Assembly: GCF_006345805.1 (NCBI RefSeq)
Contig: NC_043005.1
Span: forward strand, 89,900,001 to 89,964,000
Reading direction: 5' to 3'
From: Octopus sinensis
Lineage: Eukaryota
Length of the DNA: 64,000 bases
The position numbers were made by a program, and so were the translations under genes. The stretch's first letter is position 1; each line of letters opens with the position of its first letter. Positions 24,350 to 38,216 of this stretch are shown one piece after another. Under the pieces are notes generated by a model that was given only the letters and a program-made list of their open reading frames with translations, was not told the DNA's origin and searched no databases.

Positions 24350-24640
24350 TGAGGTTTATCATCATCATCATCATCATCATCATCATTTCACATCCGTTTT
24401 TCTCGCTGGCATTGGTTGGACAGTTTGATAGGAGCTGCACCAGATTCCATTGTCCGTTTTGGCATGGTTTCTACAGATGGGTGCCCTTTCTAACGCCAAC
24501 CACTTTACAGAATGTACTGTGTGCCTTTTATGTGGTACCAGTGCTTCTTACGTGTCACTGTGACATGAATCCTTTTTATGTGGCACCAAAAACAGTTGTT
24601 AAATTAATACGGAGAAATTGCACTGCCATGTTTAATACTT
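24350..24640 (-). mobile_element. RTE LINE 3' UTR fragment (same family as 11283-14174)
   Basis: Reverse complement of CAAAC(C/T)GTCCAAC..ATGCCAGC...(GAT)n tail. Confidence 0.65.
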
Positions 24641-26290
24641 ACTGAATAAGTAATATTCTACAAATGTTAAACAGTCAGACTCTAAGAGGAGAGAGAGGGA
24701 GAAAGAGAGAGAGAGAGAGGGAGAGAAAGACAGAGAGAGAAAAAGAGAGAGAGAGATAGGAAGAGAGAGTGGATTATCCACAACACAAAAACCCTTTTAA
24801 TAAATTAACACCAACAGTTTATAATACTAACTTATGTAGTTTTCAAACCTGATAAAACGAAAATCATTCGGTTTCAAATTCCAAAAGAAAGAAATTACAT
24901 ATCTGTCATGTATTGGATCAAGATTCATATAATTTAAGGGTGGAGCCACCGGCAAATAAGATTGCATATCAGTGATAAAGTACAATCAGGTAATTAGAAA
25001 AGTTATCAAGGGAGGTAACTGCGTTGAATCCTTTATCATAAGAAGCAAAGGGAGGTAAATAACATAGCTTTCCAAATTGAATTTCAATAAAAGTCACTTT
25101 ACAACTGGTCAACTAGATCAATAACACAAAATATATTGATTCCAATTACTTCTTCAATCAGTTATGACTTTTAAATATCCTTAGCCAATGCAAAAGAGAT
25201 GTTAAGGGTCGTGTACCGTATATACATTCACAAACTGGGAGAAACGTTGTTGGTGAAACCATCCTGGGGTTTTTACCAAAGTTCCACAACCCGATGATAG
25301 GCATCCTGAAAATAGAAAACATTAAAAAAGGTAAATAAAAAAAACGCATATAGGTGAAATTTATAACTCGAAATAATTAACATGTCAGCTAATTACAGAG
25401 TCAAAGCAAAATATCCATTTCTTCTCTCAATGTATCTACTTGTGTTCCATTTCTGATCTTAATATATAATCTCTTAGCTTCTATTCCTAAAAGAGGTGGA
25501 GATGGTTCTTATTCTAAACTTTATACCAAATCAGTATTTCTGGCATTTTATTAATCCTGCAGAAATAAAAGATGGATTTTTAACTAAACTTGGAACTTTG
25601 AAGGACTCAACATTTAATTCATAAGGGCAATAGAGGATGGAACTGACTGGTTAACAAAATGATTCATGTCTCCATTGGAATCTGTGAAGACAGAATGGAC
25701 ACTGAGGCTATGAAAAGTGGTCCTGGTGAGTCATAAAAACGAAGCAATAATGTGACAAGCATCACCACACATAAACATCAGGAGATACATCTACAGATGC
25801 TGGTTATATTAAAATAATAATAATTCTTTCAGTTGTAGGATTAAGTCCTGAAATTTGTTGGGCAGAGAGAAGTCGATTAGATCAACCCCAGGGTTCTACT
25901 GGTATTTATTTTATCAACTCTGTAAAGGTGGAAGACAAAACGGATGCCAGCAGAATTTGAACTCAGAATTTGAAATGCCACTAAGCATTTTGTCTGGCAT
26001 GCTAACAATTCTGCCAACTGACCTCCTTAATAATAATAACGGTAACAAAGTTAATGAAGAATATGAAAGACATTTGTAGAAGGAATCTCAAATGAGACAT
26101 GATTAAAAGAAACCTCATCCAAACCTTTGCTGTTTTGACATCAGTTATAAGTTTTTTTAACCTTTCTTCAGAACTTCCCAAGAAATCTCTCAATACAATT
26201 GGAGCATCTCGCTCCTTCCGGGTCTGGTATTCTTTCTTAGATATTTCCATTCCTTTCTCAAGCTCATGAACATCTGTCATGATGTTTTCT

Positions 26291-26291
<1 letters not shown>

Positions 26292-26333
<42 letters not shown>

Positions 26334-27090
26334 TTTTAACGTCTGTTGTCCATGATGGCATGGGTTGGACAGTTTGATGAGGGCTGGCAAGCAGGGGTCT
26401 GCACCAGACTCCAGTGTGATTTGGCATGGTTTCTGCAGCTGGATGCCCTTCCTAATGCCAACCACTCCGAGTGTTAGTCGCGTGATACCAATATCTGCCA
26501 CAACTACAATTTCACTTGACTTGAGGGGTCTTCTTCTCAAGCACAGCATAATGCCAAAAGTGCTTTTTACATGGGTGCCAGTTAAGGGGCACCAGCATCA
26601 GTCACAACTTGGTTTCATGGGTCTTCACAAGTATGACATGTCGCCAAAGGACTCGGTCATTAGTGATTGCTTGTGTGAGGCCCAAAGTTCACAATATTAT
26701 GCTTCACCACCTCATCCCATGTCTACCTGTGTCTCCCTCTACCATGGGTCCCCTCCACAGTCAGAGACTGGCACTTCATTACACAGCTCTTCTCATCCAT
26801 AAGCATCACATGACCATACCAGTGGAGTCGTCTCTCTTGCACACCATATCCAATACCTCTTATGTCCAACCTTTCTCACAAGATGTTCACACTTGGTCAT
26901 ACATGTACATTGACATTGCACATCCAGCAAAGCATGCTAGCTTCATTTCTTTCAAGCCTACACATGTCCTCAGCTCTCACAGCCCATGTTTTGCTGATGT
27001 GTAGCATCACTATTCACAAACAGTTATCATACAATCTAACTTTCACTCTGAGAGAGAGGCCCTTTGTTGCTGCAGAAGTAGGAGCTCCCT
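26292..27090 (-). mobile_element. RTE LINE 3' fragment (same family as 11283-14174)
   Basis: The reverse complement aligns with 13420-14170 (TWAV, RNEA, RL.WYGHV) and has a (GAT)n tail. Confidence 0.85.
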
Positions 27091-27539
27091 GAAATTTGTC
27101 CAGCCTATTCTTATTCTAGTAGTTACACTCTTGGAGCATCCACGTCCACTAGATAATGGAAGCTATCTACCAACTCTAGCTTACCCGCCTGACAATTCAT
27201 GGCGTTTATTTTTTGTACATTTTCAGTGTTATTTCTACATTGTGCACCTTCCACACAAAAACTATTTTCTCATTTCACCTGCCTCTCATATTGCTGCACC
27301 TTCTATATGCCCAAAACTTTCACTGGGTGCCTCTTATGGAGTTTCTACCTACGTCTTTACTGTAGATAGAGTAGGGTCCTCTAGCTGAAGGGATTTGTAA
27401 TATCTCTTATTAAGACATTGGTTTTTGCTAGATTAACTCTTAAGACCCATTGATTCTATACCTTGCCTCTATGCCTTATTTATAGCTGCTTATGCGGTTT
27501 ATCTTATTCATAACCCTTTTATGACGTTTATCTTGTTTA

Positions 27540-27945
27540 TAACTGCTTATGAGGTTTAGATCATTTCCAGGTAGAATGTGGAGGACTTCATGCATTACTT
27601 TATCAACGCTTTCATTCTGAGGTGTTACAATAGCTCTCTCTGCGAACCATGCAATGATTTTGAAGTTGTCTTACAATGTGGGAAATACCTTTTCTTTAAG
27701 CTCGTCCAATGTAGACACCATGTGCCCACATTACAGTACATGCTACTGCAGCGTGTTATTCAAAGGTAAGGTGCCATTTCCAGAAGTTGAAAGAATTCTT
27801 CAGCTAAGGGGTCGTTGTAGAGATGAGTTTGCATATTGTTGCTTAATGAAAGCTGACAAACAAACCTCCACAGAGGTGAAAACTTCAGACATGCATAGAT
27901 GTCGTCAGCTTGCGTACCCCGTGGTATGACTGGTAATCTTCTGCG
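27540..27945 (-). mobile_element. Helitron PIF1-type helicase coding remnant
   Basis: LPVIPRGTQADDIYACLKFSPLW...LSLSNNMQTHL (ORF 27760-27975). A manual frame then gives VSTLDELKEKVFPTL*DNFKIIAWFAERAIVTPQNESVDKV..EVLHILPG. Confidence 0.85.
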
Positions 27946-29093
27946 AGGACAACAATTAAGTTTACCCCCCCCCACCCAATAACGGCAGTATTGTTTCTAA
28001 TATCCCTTAGTGACCTATACAGGGCTTCTGGTGCACCATGGCGTACCATCGTGCATTCATCCAGATAATAATTGTAGTTTAGACCAGAACTTCTGACGTC
28101 GGTGATTGTTTTGAAATATTACACATTTGGGCATCGCTGAAGTGAGTTTTCTTGAGCATGAATAGAGGCAGTTTTGCGGCCCTTGTCTGTGGAGATAAAT
28201 GAGAATGTTTTCGTTTTGGTGGCATAGATGAAAAGAGAGAACGATTAAGGAACATATAATATGGAAGACATAGCAGTTTGAAGTTGTGCATTGTAGAATT
28301 GGATTTTTTAGTAAAGAATGAAAAGAAGTTGGAAAATGCATATATCAATTTGTATGACGTTATTATGAGAAGAAGCGGTACTCTGTGAATGATTTGGCTA
28401 TGTTCTGTCTTGATAAGCGTAATGCATTCTGTTAGCTGATATATAGTGGAATGGATTACTGGTGTAATGGAAGTTATTTTTTGTCCAGAAGTGAAGTGGT
28501 TGGGGCAGGGTACAATTTGCATGAAAGTGATTTATGTTCTTAAGAAGGATCACAAACCGTTTCATGGAATAAAAAGGGGTTAATATGATTTTGCCCCTAG
28601 AAATCATGTTTTCAAAATTATAATTTCCCACCACCCCACCGAAATTTTCTAATTTTTAACTGTTTTTTTCGAATTGTGTTTTTTATGCACGTAGAAAAAC
28701 ACAGAGATTACGAATGTGGAAAATATAATTTGTTTTTGAAAATTTAATTTTTCTGAAAGAAATATTGAATATTCCCCCACCCTGGCTACCCATCAGCTAC
28801 CCACTTTCAGGCGAAATGCAAATCTCCTGTATGGAAAACATAAATGTGAGTAAATTGAGAAAAGAAATAAGTGGGGTGGGGGCATACAGATATCATCTAA
28901 GACATGCTAGAAACAACAGGTAAAGGACAGGGTTTCTGAGATAACTTCCTTGTAAGTTTAAATGGAAGATCAGGTTTTGCAATACGCTCCTCACGAACAG
29001 GAACAACAGAATAAGAAAAGGTAATTTCCATAGGATTTCAGCTGTAACTTAGCGAACAGAAAAAAGAAATAACATAATTCATACAGAACTTTA

Positions 29094-29097
<4 letters not shown>

Positions 29098-29174
<77 letters not shown>

Positions 29175-29190
29175 GTGCGTGCGTGTGTGT
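29098..29190. repeat. (TG)n microsatellite
   Basis: Directly visible. Confidence 0.95.
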
Positions 29191-29214
29191 GCCAAAGGAA
29201 GTTATTTTGGCAAA

Positions 29215-30189
29215 TTTTTGCATCTTGTGAGTCTTTCAGAAATTCTATTAATAATTTTCTTATTCTTCCACAGAAGAGACAGAGATCCCTCGGAGCAAAG
29301 ACGAGACCTCCTAGAAATCATATTGAATGGTTTTGCGTGCCTTGCTATGGGCCAACTTATGCTGTACTAAGTCGCCATACAAAATCGGCCAAAGATATTA
29401 AATGTCTCGTTCTGATTGTCTTAAAGCTGGCGACATGGTTACGATAACGATTCTTAAATGAATCAGCTGTCTGCCCAATGTACGGCCTTCCCCTTGTGTG
29501 CACGGTGAATTTATATACAAGATTTGTTCTCATGCAGAGATTCATCAATGAACATTTTGATTTTTCTCTGCATGAGCATTTATCGTATTTATTTGTATAC
29601 AAGTCAGCTCCGACTCCGTTTACCGATGCTGTTAACATGCTGGCTGTATCATAAGTATTTCTACTACTACAAATTGGTCGTAGTTGGTGTTTATCATTAC
29701 GGTTTACATCTCCTTTGTTAATATTTAGATGCGTATGATCCAGTTGGTGGGTTATTGAACCTTTGTCACATTTTGGTATTGTTTATGCAATGCATAAGTT
29801 GCTCTAAGACAATCAGAGACATTCAACATCTTTGGCCGGTTTTGTATGGCGACTGAAGGATGATAAAAGTAAGTGCAGCATAACCTGGTTCGTAGTAAGA
29901 CACGCAAAACCATACAATATAATTCCTAGGAAGTGCCGTCTCTGCCCCAGGGATCCTTGTCTATTCTCTGGCAAACAACGGAAGGAAGAACCAGGAGAGG
30001 AAGGAGGAAGACGACCTGTATCGACAGCTTGCTGGAGGATACTGGTATGGAAAGGGTTACAGGAGCTGAGGACCATAATGGAAGATCGAGATGAATGGGG
30101 AAAACGTGTGGAAACAGTGTTGGAGTATACTGTGGGACGACCTAGATAGATAATGTGAAGATCATTATTTCTGAAAGACTCACAAGATG
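29215..30189. mobile_element. Penelope-like GIY-YIG 3' end on the minus strand with an inverted partial copy on plus; about 180 bp RTE 3' fragment (about 29980-30160) inside the right arm
   Basis: CSCREKSKC...NLVYK...YIGQTADSFKNRYRNH...LADFVWRL (minus) and LAGFVWRLKDDKSKCSITWFVVRHAKPYN..KCRLC (plus). The insert reads RRPVSTA.../LRTIMEDRDEWGKRV. Confidence 0.85.
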
Positions 30190-30762
30190 TCAACAATCAT
30201 ATAAATGTACTTTCGCGCAATGTAGTGGGAATGAATTTTGAGTAACTGTTAATTTATTTTAAGGTATGGACGAATTTAGTTTGCTTTTAACCTCCCCATT
30301 GTTATAAACACCAAGTAGCAATTAAACTCGCTTTTTAATCGTCAGAGCACTAAACCTCACGTGTGCATATGCTCACATTTTCGCGGGCGCTTGTATGAGC
30401 GAATGTATACGCGTCATGCAGCTTGCGCGATTGCGTTTATACATCCATATTTGTTAACGGTTATTCTTAATACTTTCATCGCTGTATTTCGCGTTCGTTT
30501 TTATTTCTGATTCTCTATGTAGATGAAAATATTTCCTTCGTCTGACTGCTTTTCTTTCAACACAATAAGAAGATATATTGCGGAACTGTTATTTTAACGA
30601 GGTATATCTGTTTATCTCCCGTCGAGACACATCTGCACCACCGGATGCTCCTGAACCAGTTGTTGAGCGTCCCATTCGTGAAGGATAGATGCTAGATGTG
30701 TCGAAACAATTGTCGTTATTAATAATAAATTCTCGAATATTCCATCTGCCATTTTTCATTTG

Positions 30763-30981
<219 letters not shown>

Positions 30982-31325
30982 GTGAAGGCGCATGGCTCAG
31001 TGGTTAGAGCGTCGAGCTTACGATCGTCAGGTTGTGAGCTCGAATCCAGGACAGGGCTGCGTGTTGTGTTCTCGAGCAAGGCACTTTATTTCACGTTGCT
31101 CCAGTTCACTCAGCTGTAGAAATGAGTTGCGACGTCACTGGTGCCAAGCTGTATCGACCTTTGTCTTTCCCTTGGATAACACTGGTGGCGTGGAGAGGGG
31201 AGGCTGGTGTGCATGGGCGACTGCTGGCCTTCCATAAACAACCTTGCCCGGACTTGTGTCTAGGAGGGTAACTTTCTAGGTGCAATCCCATGGTCATTCA
31301 TGACCGAAGGGGGTCTTTACCTTTA
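30982..31325 (+). mobile_element. tRNA-derived SINE family C inserted in (TA)n (5'-truncated copy about 45945-46245)
   Basis: A box TGGCTCAGTGG and B box GCTCGAATCC; the body is shared with 45945-46245; TA runs on both sides. Confidence 0.8.
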
Positions 31326-31787
31326 TATATATATAGCAAATGAAAAATGGCATATATATATATATATATATACATACATATATATACATGTATATATATA
31401 AATACATTAAAAGGCTTCCAAATAAAGAAGCGAGTGCTAGATACACAAAAAGAGGATAAATTCATGAAATGGAATGAAAATCAAAAACGTTTACCATCTC
31501 AGCTAATCCTGTACTGCAATTTCATCTTTTTTTTTAGCAAATGAATAGAATTTATCTGCCAAGGCCAGAATCGTCAGCAGGAAGCCTTTGTAATCCGATA
31601 TATATATATGTATGTATATATATATATACATATATATATGTATATATATGTGTGAATATATATACGTATGTATGCATGCATGTATTTATATATATACATA
31701 CATACACATACACATGGATATATATATATATATATATATATATAGCAATAATAATTCTCTAAAAGAGATATAGACAGTAACTGCTCG

Positions 31788-31960
31788 ATAACATAAGGGA
31801 CTAAAGCCATCTGAATATGGCTAGGGACAGGGCAGGGTGGTGGGGGTGTTACTGTTGCATTTTAGCGACGTCGATGTTCGCCTGGGGCTAAATGCAACAG
31901 TAACACCCCCACCACCCTGCCCTGTCCCTAGCCATATTCAGATGGCTTTAGTCCCTTATG

Positions 31961-31964
<4 letters not shown>
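31788..31964. repeat. perfect 75-bp-arm foldback (MITE-like)
   Basis: 31788-31862 is the exact reverse complement of 31890-31964, with a 27-nt loop. Confidence 0.9.
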
Positions 31965-32055
<91 letters not shown>

Positions 32056-32803
32056 TAATATAATATAATATAATATAATATATAATAAATGCGAAAACTA
32101 ATTTCTGTGTGTCAGTGTGTCACACTTCGACCCTCTTTCTCGTTATTACTTGATACTCCTATTATTGCTCATGTTAGGGTGAAGTTGAGAGTAGGCATAG
32201 AGAAGGTAGGAGATTGACGGTTGTGATAGTAATGGGGCGTTAGTAATAGTATGAGCTGTAGTTGTAATAGAGGCGGGGGAGACGGTGATGCTGGTGGTGG
32301 TGGTGATGCTTGTGGTGGTGGTGGTGCTGCTGGTGCTTGTTGTGGTGGTGGTGGTGATGCTGGTGGTGGTGGACGTGGTGGATGAATGGTGATAGTAATG
32401 TGAAAGACAGTGGGGATGGTAGTGGAGAGGAAGGCTGCGAAGTCAAAGGTATTGATGGTGGTGGCGTGAGAAGTCTGAATGGTGTGTGTATGAGAGTTGT
32501 GGTGGCGACGGTGGTGGTACTGTGATGGTTGAAAACAATCAACTGAAAGCGAGAGAGAAAGAAAGAAGTTAGACAGAAAACAAATTGTACTGAACCCCGA
32601 ATGGGAAGACGAAAAATGTTGTTTCTCATGAAGCTCTGCAATAAGTTCAAAGTCGACAAATTATATCATTGTTTTGATGAAAATTGTTCATTGCTTGAAA
32701 AATATTAAAGTTTAATCAAATTAATATGTACTCAATGCATGAAGTATCATTGTTGGGCCCAATAAAGAGCCCTCCACAGGAGCTAGCTTAAAAGCCGCCC
32801 TAG

Positions 32804-32835
<32 letters not shown>

Positions 32836-32843
32836 ATATATAT

Positions 32844-32895
<52 letters not shown>

Positions 32896-32917
32896 ATATA
32901 ATATATATATAAATATA

Positions 32918-32966
<49 letters not shown>

Positions 32967-33289
32967 GAGAAAGTTGGTGTGTGAAAGCACGTGGTTGAAT
33001 ATATAGAAAATAGTAAAAAGTGAAAAAAACTACAGAAGGCTTGTTTTAAAAGGTTAAAAAATATATTTGAGTCATTATGTCAGAAGAATGTTATAAAATT
33101 TTTTCATACAGTGACATAGTTTTTGAAGAAATTACCGGTTTCGTGTTAACTTTTCAAATTTCTCAAAACATCGTCTTATGACTTCGTTATGAAGTGTACA
33201 GAAGAGTTCCAGGTAAGTGGAGATAATAAGTGATTTCTTCCGGTGTAAGGGAGATAATCGCTTTATATTTCTTGCCTCTTTTACTTAAT

Positions 33290-33402
33290 GGGGTGAGTTT
33301 CTCTGTATAAGAATGTTAGAGTGGTTAAGTTTGGGCTTATATTTTTCAATGAAGAATGTTTCCTTGTTTAGTCTAATTTGTGTTGGTGTTCCAATAGCAC
33401 AT

Positions 33403-33405
<3 letters not shown>
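33290..33405 (-). mobile_element. Penelope-like GIY-YIG C-terminal remnant
   Basis: QIRLNKETFFIEKYKPKLN motif. Confidence 0.7.
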
Positions 33406-33473
<68 letters not shown>

Positions 33474-33485
33474 AATAAATATCTG

Positions 33486-33907
33486 AACGAGATATAAACA
33501 GTAACCGCTCGACAACGTAAGGGGTATTAGCCATCTGAATGTGGCTAGCCACTGGGGGGGGGGGGTGTTACTGATGCTTTTAGCCCTAGGCGATCAACGT
33601 CACCAGAAGGACTTTAGACACTATCTCAGTGCCCTTGTGTTATTTGCAAAGGGAGGTCATCCTCCCTCGAAGACCCGAGTACTACATACGGACTATAGTT
33701 TCAAGGTAATTGCCTCTCGTCAACGCATGGTAAGCACCGGTCTTCGATGAAGGAGTTCCCTTGCAAATAATATATAATGTTTTTCACAGTAACCACTGTC
33801 ACTGATGTAGAAAAACTGTCTGAAAACAATAATAAATCTCGGAACGAGCCACAATCAGATGGCTAATACCCCTTACGTTGTCGAGCGGTTACTGTTTATA
33901 TCTCGTT
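33486..33907. mobile_element. inverted-repeat element of the same family as 31788-31964
   Basis: 61-bp arms 33486-33546 and 33847-33907 with one mismatch; sequence homologous to 31764-31890. Confidence 0.75.
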
Positions 33908-34460
33908 TAATTCTCGCCCCATATAATACACCTAATATTCTTTAAATAGTCAGAACTTTAGTCTCGGTCACAAAGAACATCTACGCACCCCGTGCCCTCA
34001 CCCACCGGAATGACCGCTGCCTGACCCGTTAAAATCTTCAACGCACCCACCACCCGTTTTCAACATACATTGATAAACAGTTTGGCCATGGGCTCTTAGG
34101 AGCCTCGTTCGATTTGTTTTGCTCCGCCTCTGTTCTGTTTTTGTTTTTTCCAACGGATTTCCTATTTCTTCCTGAAGAGAAAGACACAATATGGTCTCAT
34201 TATTCAATCGGAATTTGGTAAATTGTGCCTTTCGAAACACGTGTAGAATGCAATAAAAACGATTTCTGTTCAATCTTCGTTCAACTCCATTTCTTCAATT
34301 CACTAATAATATTAAAATTCAATTATCCGCACCAACGCACGGTTGCAACACCATATGGTTGTACCTCCAACCGTGCTGTCTTCTGCTGTGATTTTTGCTA
34401 CCAAGGTATCGGTTAAACTTTTGATTAATCTGCAACAAGATTATTCATCTTTCTATTTCA

Positions 34461-34507
<47 letters not shown>

Positions 34508-34703
34508 AATATATACAAAGAGAGAGAGGGAGAAAGAGTGAGAGTGAGAGATAGAGTGAGAGAGAGTGAGAGAGATAGGCGGATAGAGATACTGATGGAA
34601 ATATAGATAAAACCACTTAGGTTAGATATAGAAAAATTATACATTCATATCTACCTCTAAATAGACAGAAAACAAAGAGTGAAAATATTCCAGTGATTTC
34701 TAT

Positions 34704-35618
34704 TCATGGTCATCCCATAAATAATACGTTTTTTTCACTTGCATGAATTAAAAGTCGGAGGGGCACGGGATAAACTACCTGCATCAACTTGCTGTAAAAG
34801 CAGGTAGAAATTTTACCTTCTACTTATTCTTAGTGCAAGTTTTAAAGAGTGCAGTTCGATTTTAACAGTTATTTTTTTCAAAATTATAATGGAAGTGACT
34901 AAGGGGCATATTTGGTATATTTTGCATTATGAGTTCAAAAAAAGCAGCAACACAAAGTGCGGGGAATATTAATACAGTATATGGGGATCAGTCAATAAGC
35001 GTAAGCCTGTGTCAATGGTGGTTTAAGAAATTATGAGCCAGAAGCTACAGCCTAAAAGACGAGCTGCATCCTGGAAGATCTGTAGAGCTCAACGAGGATG
35101 TCCTGCAAACCCTGATGGAACAAAATACCATTATAAGTGTAGAGGAACTAGCAGAGAAGCTTGGATTTGGTCATTCAACCATTCATCGACACCTGCGTGT
35201 CATCAGAAAAATCAGCAAATTGGGTCAATGGGTTCCTCGTGAACTTTCCGAGTCTAATGCTCAACCAGATACAGCGAGGATAACATTTTAAGGGCTGGAG
35301 CAGTTTGAATGGGAAATGATGCCCCACCCACTATATTCGCCGGACATTGGCCTTTCTGGTTATCATTTATTCCGCAGTCTTCAAAATCATTTCGACGGAA
35401 AAAATATGAATTCTGTAGACGAGGTCAGTATAGTACTGGAGGAGTATTTTTCGTCACGGAAAAGTGGATTTTGGGAAAGGGGCTTCGCAAGCCTACCAGA
35501 TAGATGGAAGAGCACTGTAGAAAATGGAGAGAATAATTTAGATTAAAAAAGAACTTTATCTTAATTTTGAGAAATAAAAGAAGTATTAAAAGACACATTA
35601 TCTGTGGGGTGGCCATTA
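34704..35618 (+). mobile_element. mariner transposon, internally deleted, both TIRs present
   Basis: HTH fragments, SKLGQWVPREL and HPLYSPDIGLSGYHLFRSLQN...LPDRWKS.VENG. About 31-bp imperfect TIRs at 34704-34735 and 35588-35618. Confidence 0.85.
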
Positions 35619-35696
35619 ACAGAGCAAGGATATTCAACCAGTGGGAGATGCATATAAACATTTGGTAAATCTAGCCTCCGTTTCAGGTTGGAGAGA

Positions 35697-36745
35697 TACA
35701 GGCTACGGCAGAAAGATTGTCCCGATTTGAAAGGTTAATAAAACAAACAAAAAAAAACCCCATGAAGTTGCATGAAAAAACTTTGTATTTCTATGAAGTT
35801 CATTAAATGCCAATTTTTTTCTGTTTCAGGTAGTATCCACCATGGCCTGGAGTGGAGAGTATCGTGCATTTGTTGTCGAATAGTTTAAAAACGGTGAATC
35901 TGTCGTAACGACGCAACATAGCTTCCGAAGAGCCTTTGCACTTTATCATCATGATCCCGTACAGGATGGTAAAACAATTCGTTGGTGGGTTTCCAACTTT
36001 AGACAAACATCAACGGCTTTAAACTGGAAAAGTCCTGGCCGTCCTAGAGCCGCTACAGGGCCAGAAAATACCGTAGCTGTGGCAGCTTCAATACAGTAGT
36101 CTCCCAAACGTTTCGCACGAAAACACGCATCTGCCTTACACATGTCCAATCGAAGTGTCCGCAGAATCTTACACGGGTCTATCCGCATGCATGCCTACAA
36201 GATAATGGTTGTATAGGAGTTAAGCGAGACAGATTATGAAACCAACAGCTATTCTGATCTGCAATGATGAAGCGTACATCCATTCATAAACAAAACTTTC
36301 GATACTGGTCAGACAATAACCCATGTGAACTCCACGAACGACCACTCTATAGTGCGAATGTTACCATCTGGTGTGCCATGGGTGGTTTCGGCGTGTAGGG
36401 TCCTTATTTTTTCGATTAGGAAGGTACTACAGTAGCTGTTACCTCGAACCGTTATTGTAAACTGCTCGAAAAGTTTCTCTGAAAGTCGTCCAGTTACTCG
36501 CCGATCATGACCCGGATGATCTATGGTTCCAACAAGAATGTGTCACATCGCATACCTCTCGACGTTCACTCGGAGTCCTCCATGACATGTTTCCGCGTCA
36601 TCTTGTTTCTATGCCAGGTGATCTTGGGTGCCCCCCACCAGGTTCCCTGGATTAAACCCCATGTAATTTTTTTCTGTGGAGGTACCTCAAATCACGAGTG
36701 TATCAACACTGGCCAGCAACTGTAGAAGATTTAAAGGCAACAATA
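35697..36745 (+). mobile_element. Tc1/mariner-superfamily transposon, maT/rosa-type (DUF4817-like N terminus), decayed
   Basis: MAWSGEYRAFVVE*F...TQHSFRR...GRPR, NVTIWCA, GPYFF, WFQQE..TSHT and TPCNFFLWRYLKSRVY. Begins TA-CAGG. Confidence 0.8.
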
Positions 36746-37559
36746 ACTGTAGGTAAAAGTCCTTCTATGGTGGACATCCCAAGAAAAAGACGCGAACATA
36801 TCAACATTCAGTAACAGAATGGTAGCAGAGGTGGCTGTTAATCGGTAAAAGTAAAGAAAAGAAATATGTATTTCTTTACTACCCACAAGGGGCTAAACAT
36901 ATAGGGGACAAACAAGGACAGACAAACGATTAAGTCGATTACACCGACTCCAGTGCGTAACTGGTACTTAATTTATCGACCCCGAAAGGATGAAAGGCAA
37001 AGTCAGAAAGACGGGTGTATAGAGTGAGGTAAGGGGGATTTTAAGGATTGGCTAATGATAAAGTAATGTGTATATGTGTATGGTGTCTAAGAATTGTGTA
37101 TGGGGTAGCTGAGAAGATAAGAGAGAGGATGAGGAGGTAGAGGAAGATAGGGTAAAAAAAAAGTAGGGTAAAAAAAATAGAACGAAATAAAAGGAATTTA
37201 AAGAGAGTAGTAGATATCCGGTAGTTACAAAGTCTAAAGTTGCTGGGAAGGAAATTTAGTAGTAATTGCTTATGTCCATCCTCGCTAAGGTCAGTGGCAG
37301 TAGAGTTATTTTTAGCAATGGGGCTGTATGTGTGTAGGTGGTCGAGAAAAGAAGAGCTAGTTGAATATTAAATTATTTATGAGTGGGAGTTAGAGTCAGG
37401 GGTTTATATTAGGGAATTTTGAGGGTTAAGGTTTAAAATAAATTAAGGATGAATTAAAGAATTAATATTCATCTTATAGTATGATGAAGTACGGTAGATA
37501 TGTGGGAAGATATAAGAGAAGTAAGAGTTATAGAGATATAGAAGGGGTATGTGTTAATG

Positions 37560-37790
37560 ATCATAGGGGTATGTATGTGGGTGCTATTAGTGGTGGAGTG
37601 AGCTTACATATAGATTTATGAAAGAATTTAAAAGTGCCGAAGAATTTGTGCTTACACGTAGTGAAGGCCTCGTTGTATTTATTAAGCAATTTTGGTGAGT
37701 TGTGGGTCAGAATTTTGAGAGCTTTTTTTAAGCAAAGTCTACAATTAGAGTGTTGGCCCTGATAAAGGGTACGCGAGTCTATCATAGCCT
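37560..37790 (-). mobile_element. Penelope-like GIY-YIG C-terminal remnant
   Basis: YQGQHSNCRLCLKKALKIL...LLNKYNEAFTTCKHK. Confidence 0.75.
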
Positions 37791-38216
37791 AGGAAAGTTA
37801 ATGATGTATTTTTCTATTAATTAGATGGTGTATGTGGCTGACTAGTGATGTAGAATAACTATTCTCTTTATATTTAAACGAGTTTAAATGTGCATAATAC
37901 CTTTGTTTAAAATTGGTGCAAGAACCAATGTAGTGGCTACAGGAATTATTTACCATGTTGTGAACAGTGCATCAGTATACGACGTTGAATCTTCTGCATT
38001 GGGCTTGCAGGGGGCAATCTGTCCTGGGTCTGAAGTTGCAGTTATCGGTTCTATGATGGTTAATTGGAAAGAGAGAGAGAGGGGGGAGGGGGAGAGAGAG
38101 AGAGAGATGTGGTAGTGCTGGTAGTAGCTAGGGTGGTATTAGGTGAATCGATCGTAATATTGCTGTCGTTTCTAGTATCGATATCAATGCGAGCATTACC
38201 ATGATTATTATTATTA

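Noticed and set aside
30672-30720. Plus-strand GAAAC-AATT-GTC hammerhead-like stem III (and a similar motif near 28975-29000 on minus)
   Set aside because: The upstream core reads GTGAAGGA/GTGAGGA rather than CTGANGA, and stem I does not pair.
33135-33215. Minus-strand GAAA-CCGG-TA downstream of a GIY-YIG fragment
   Set aside because: No recognisable CTGANGA or stems remain; too degraded to call.
33998-34416. ORFs next to the inverted-repeat element, possible transposase
   Set aside because: No DDE or HTH motif that I can recognise.
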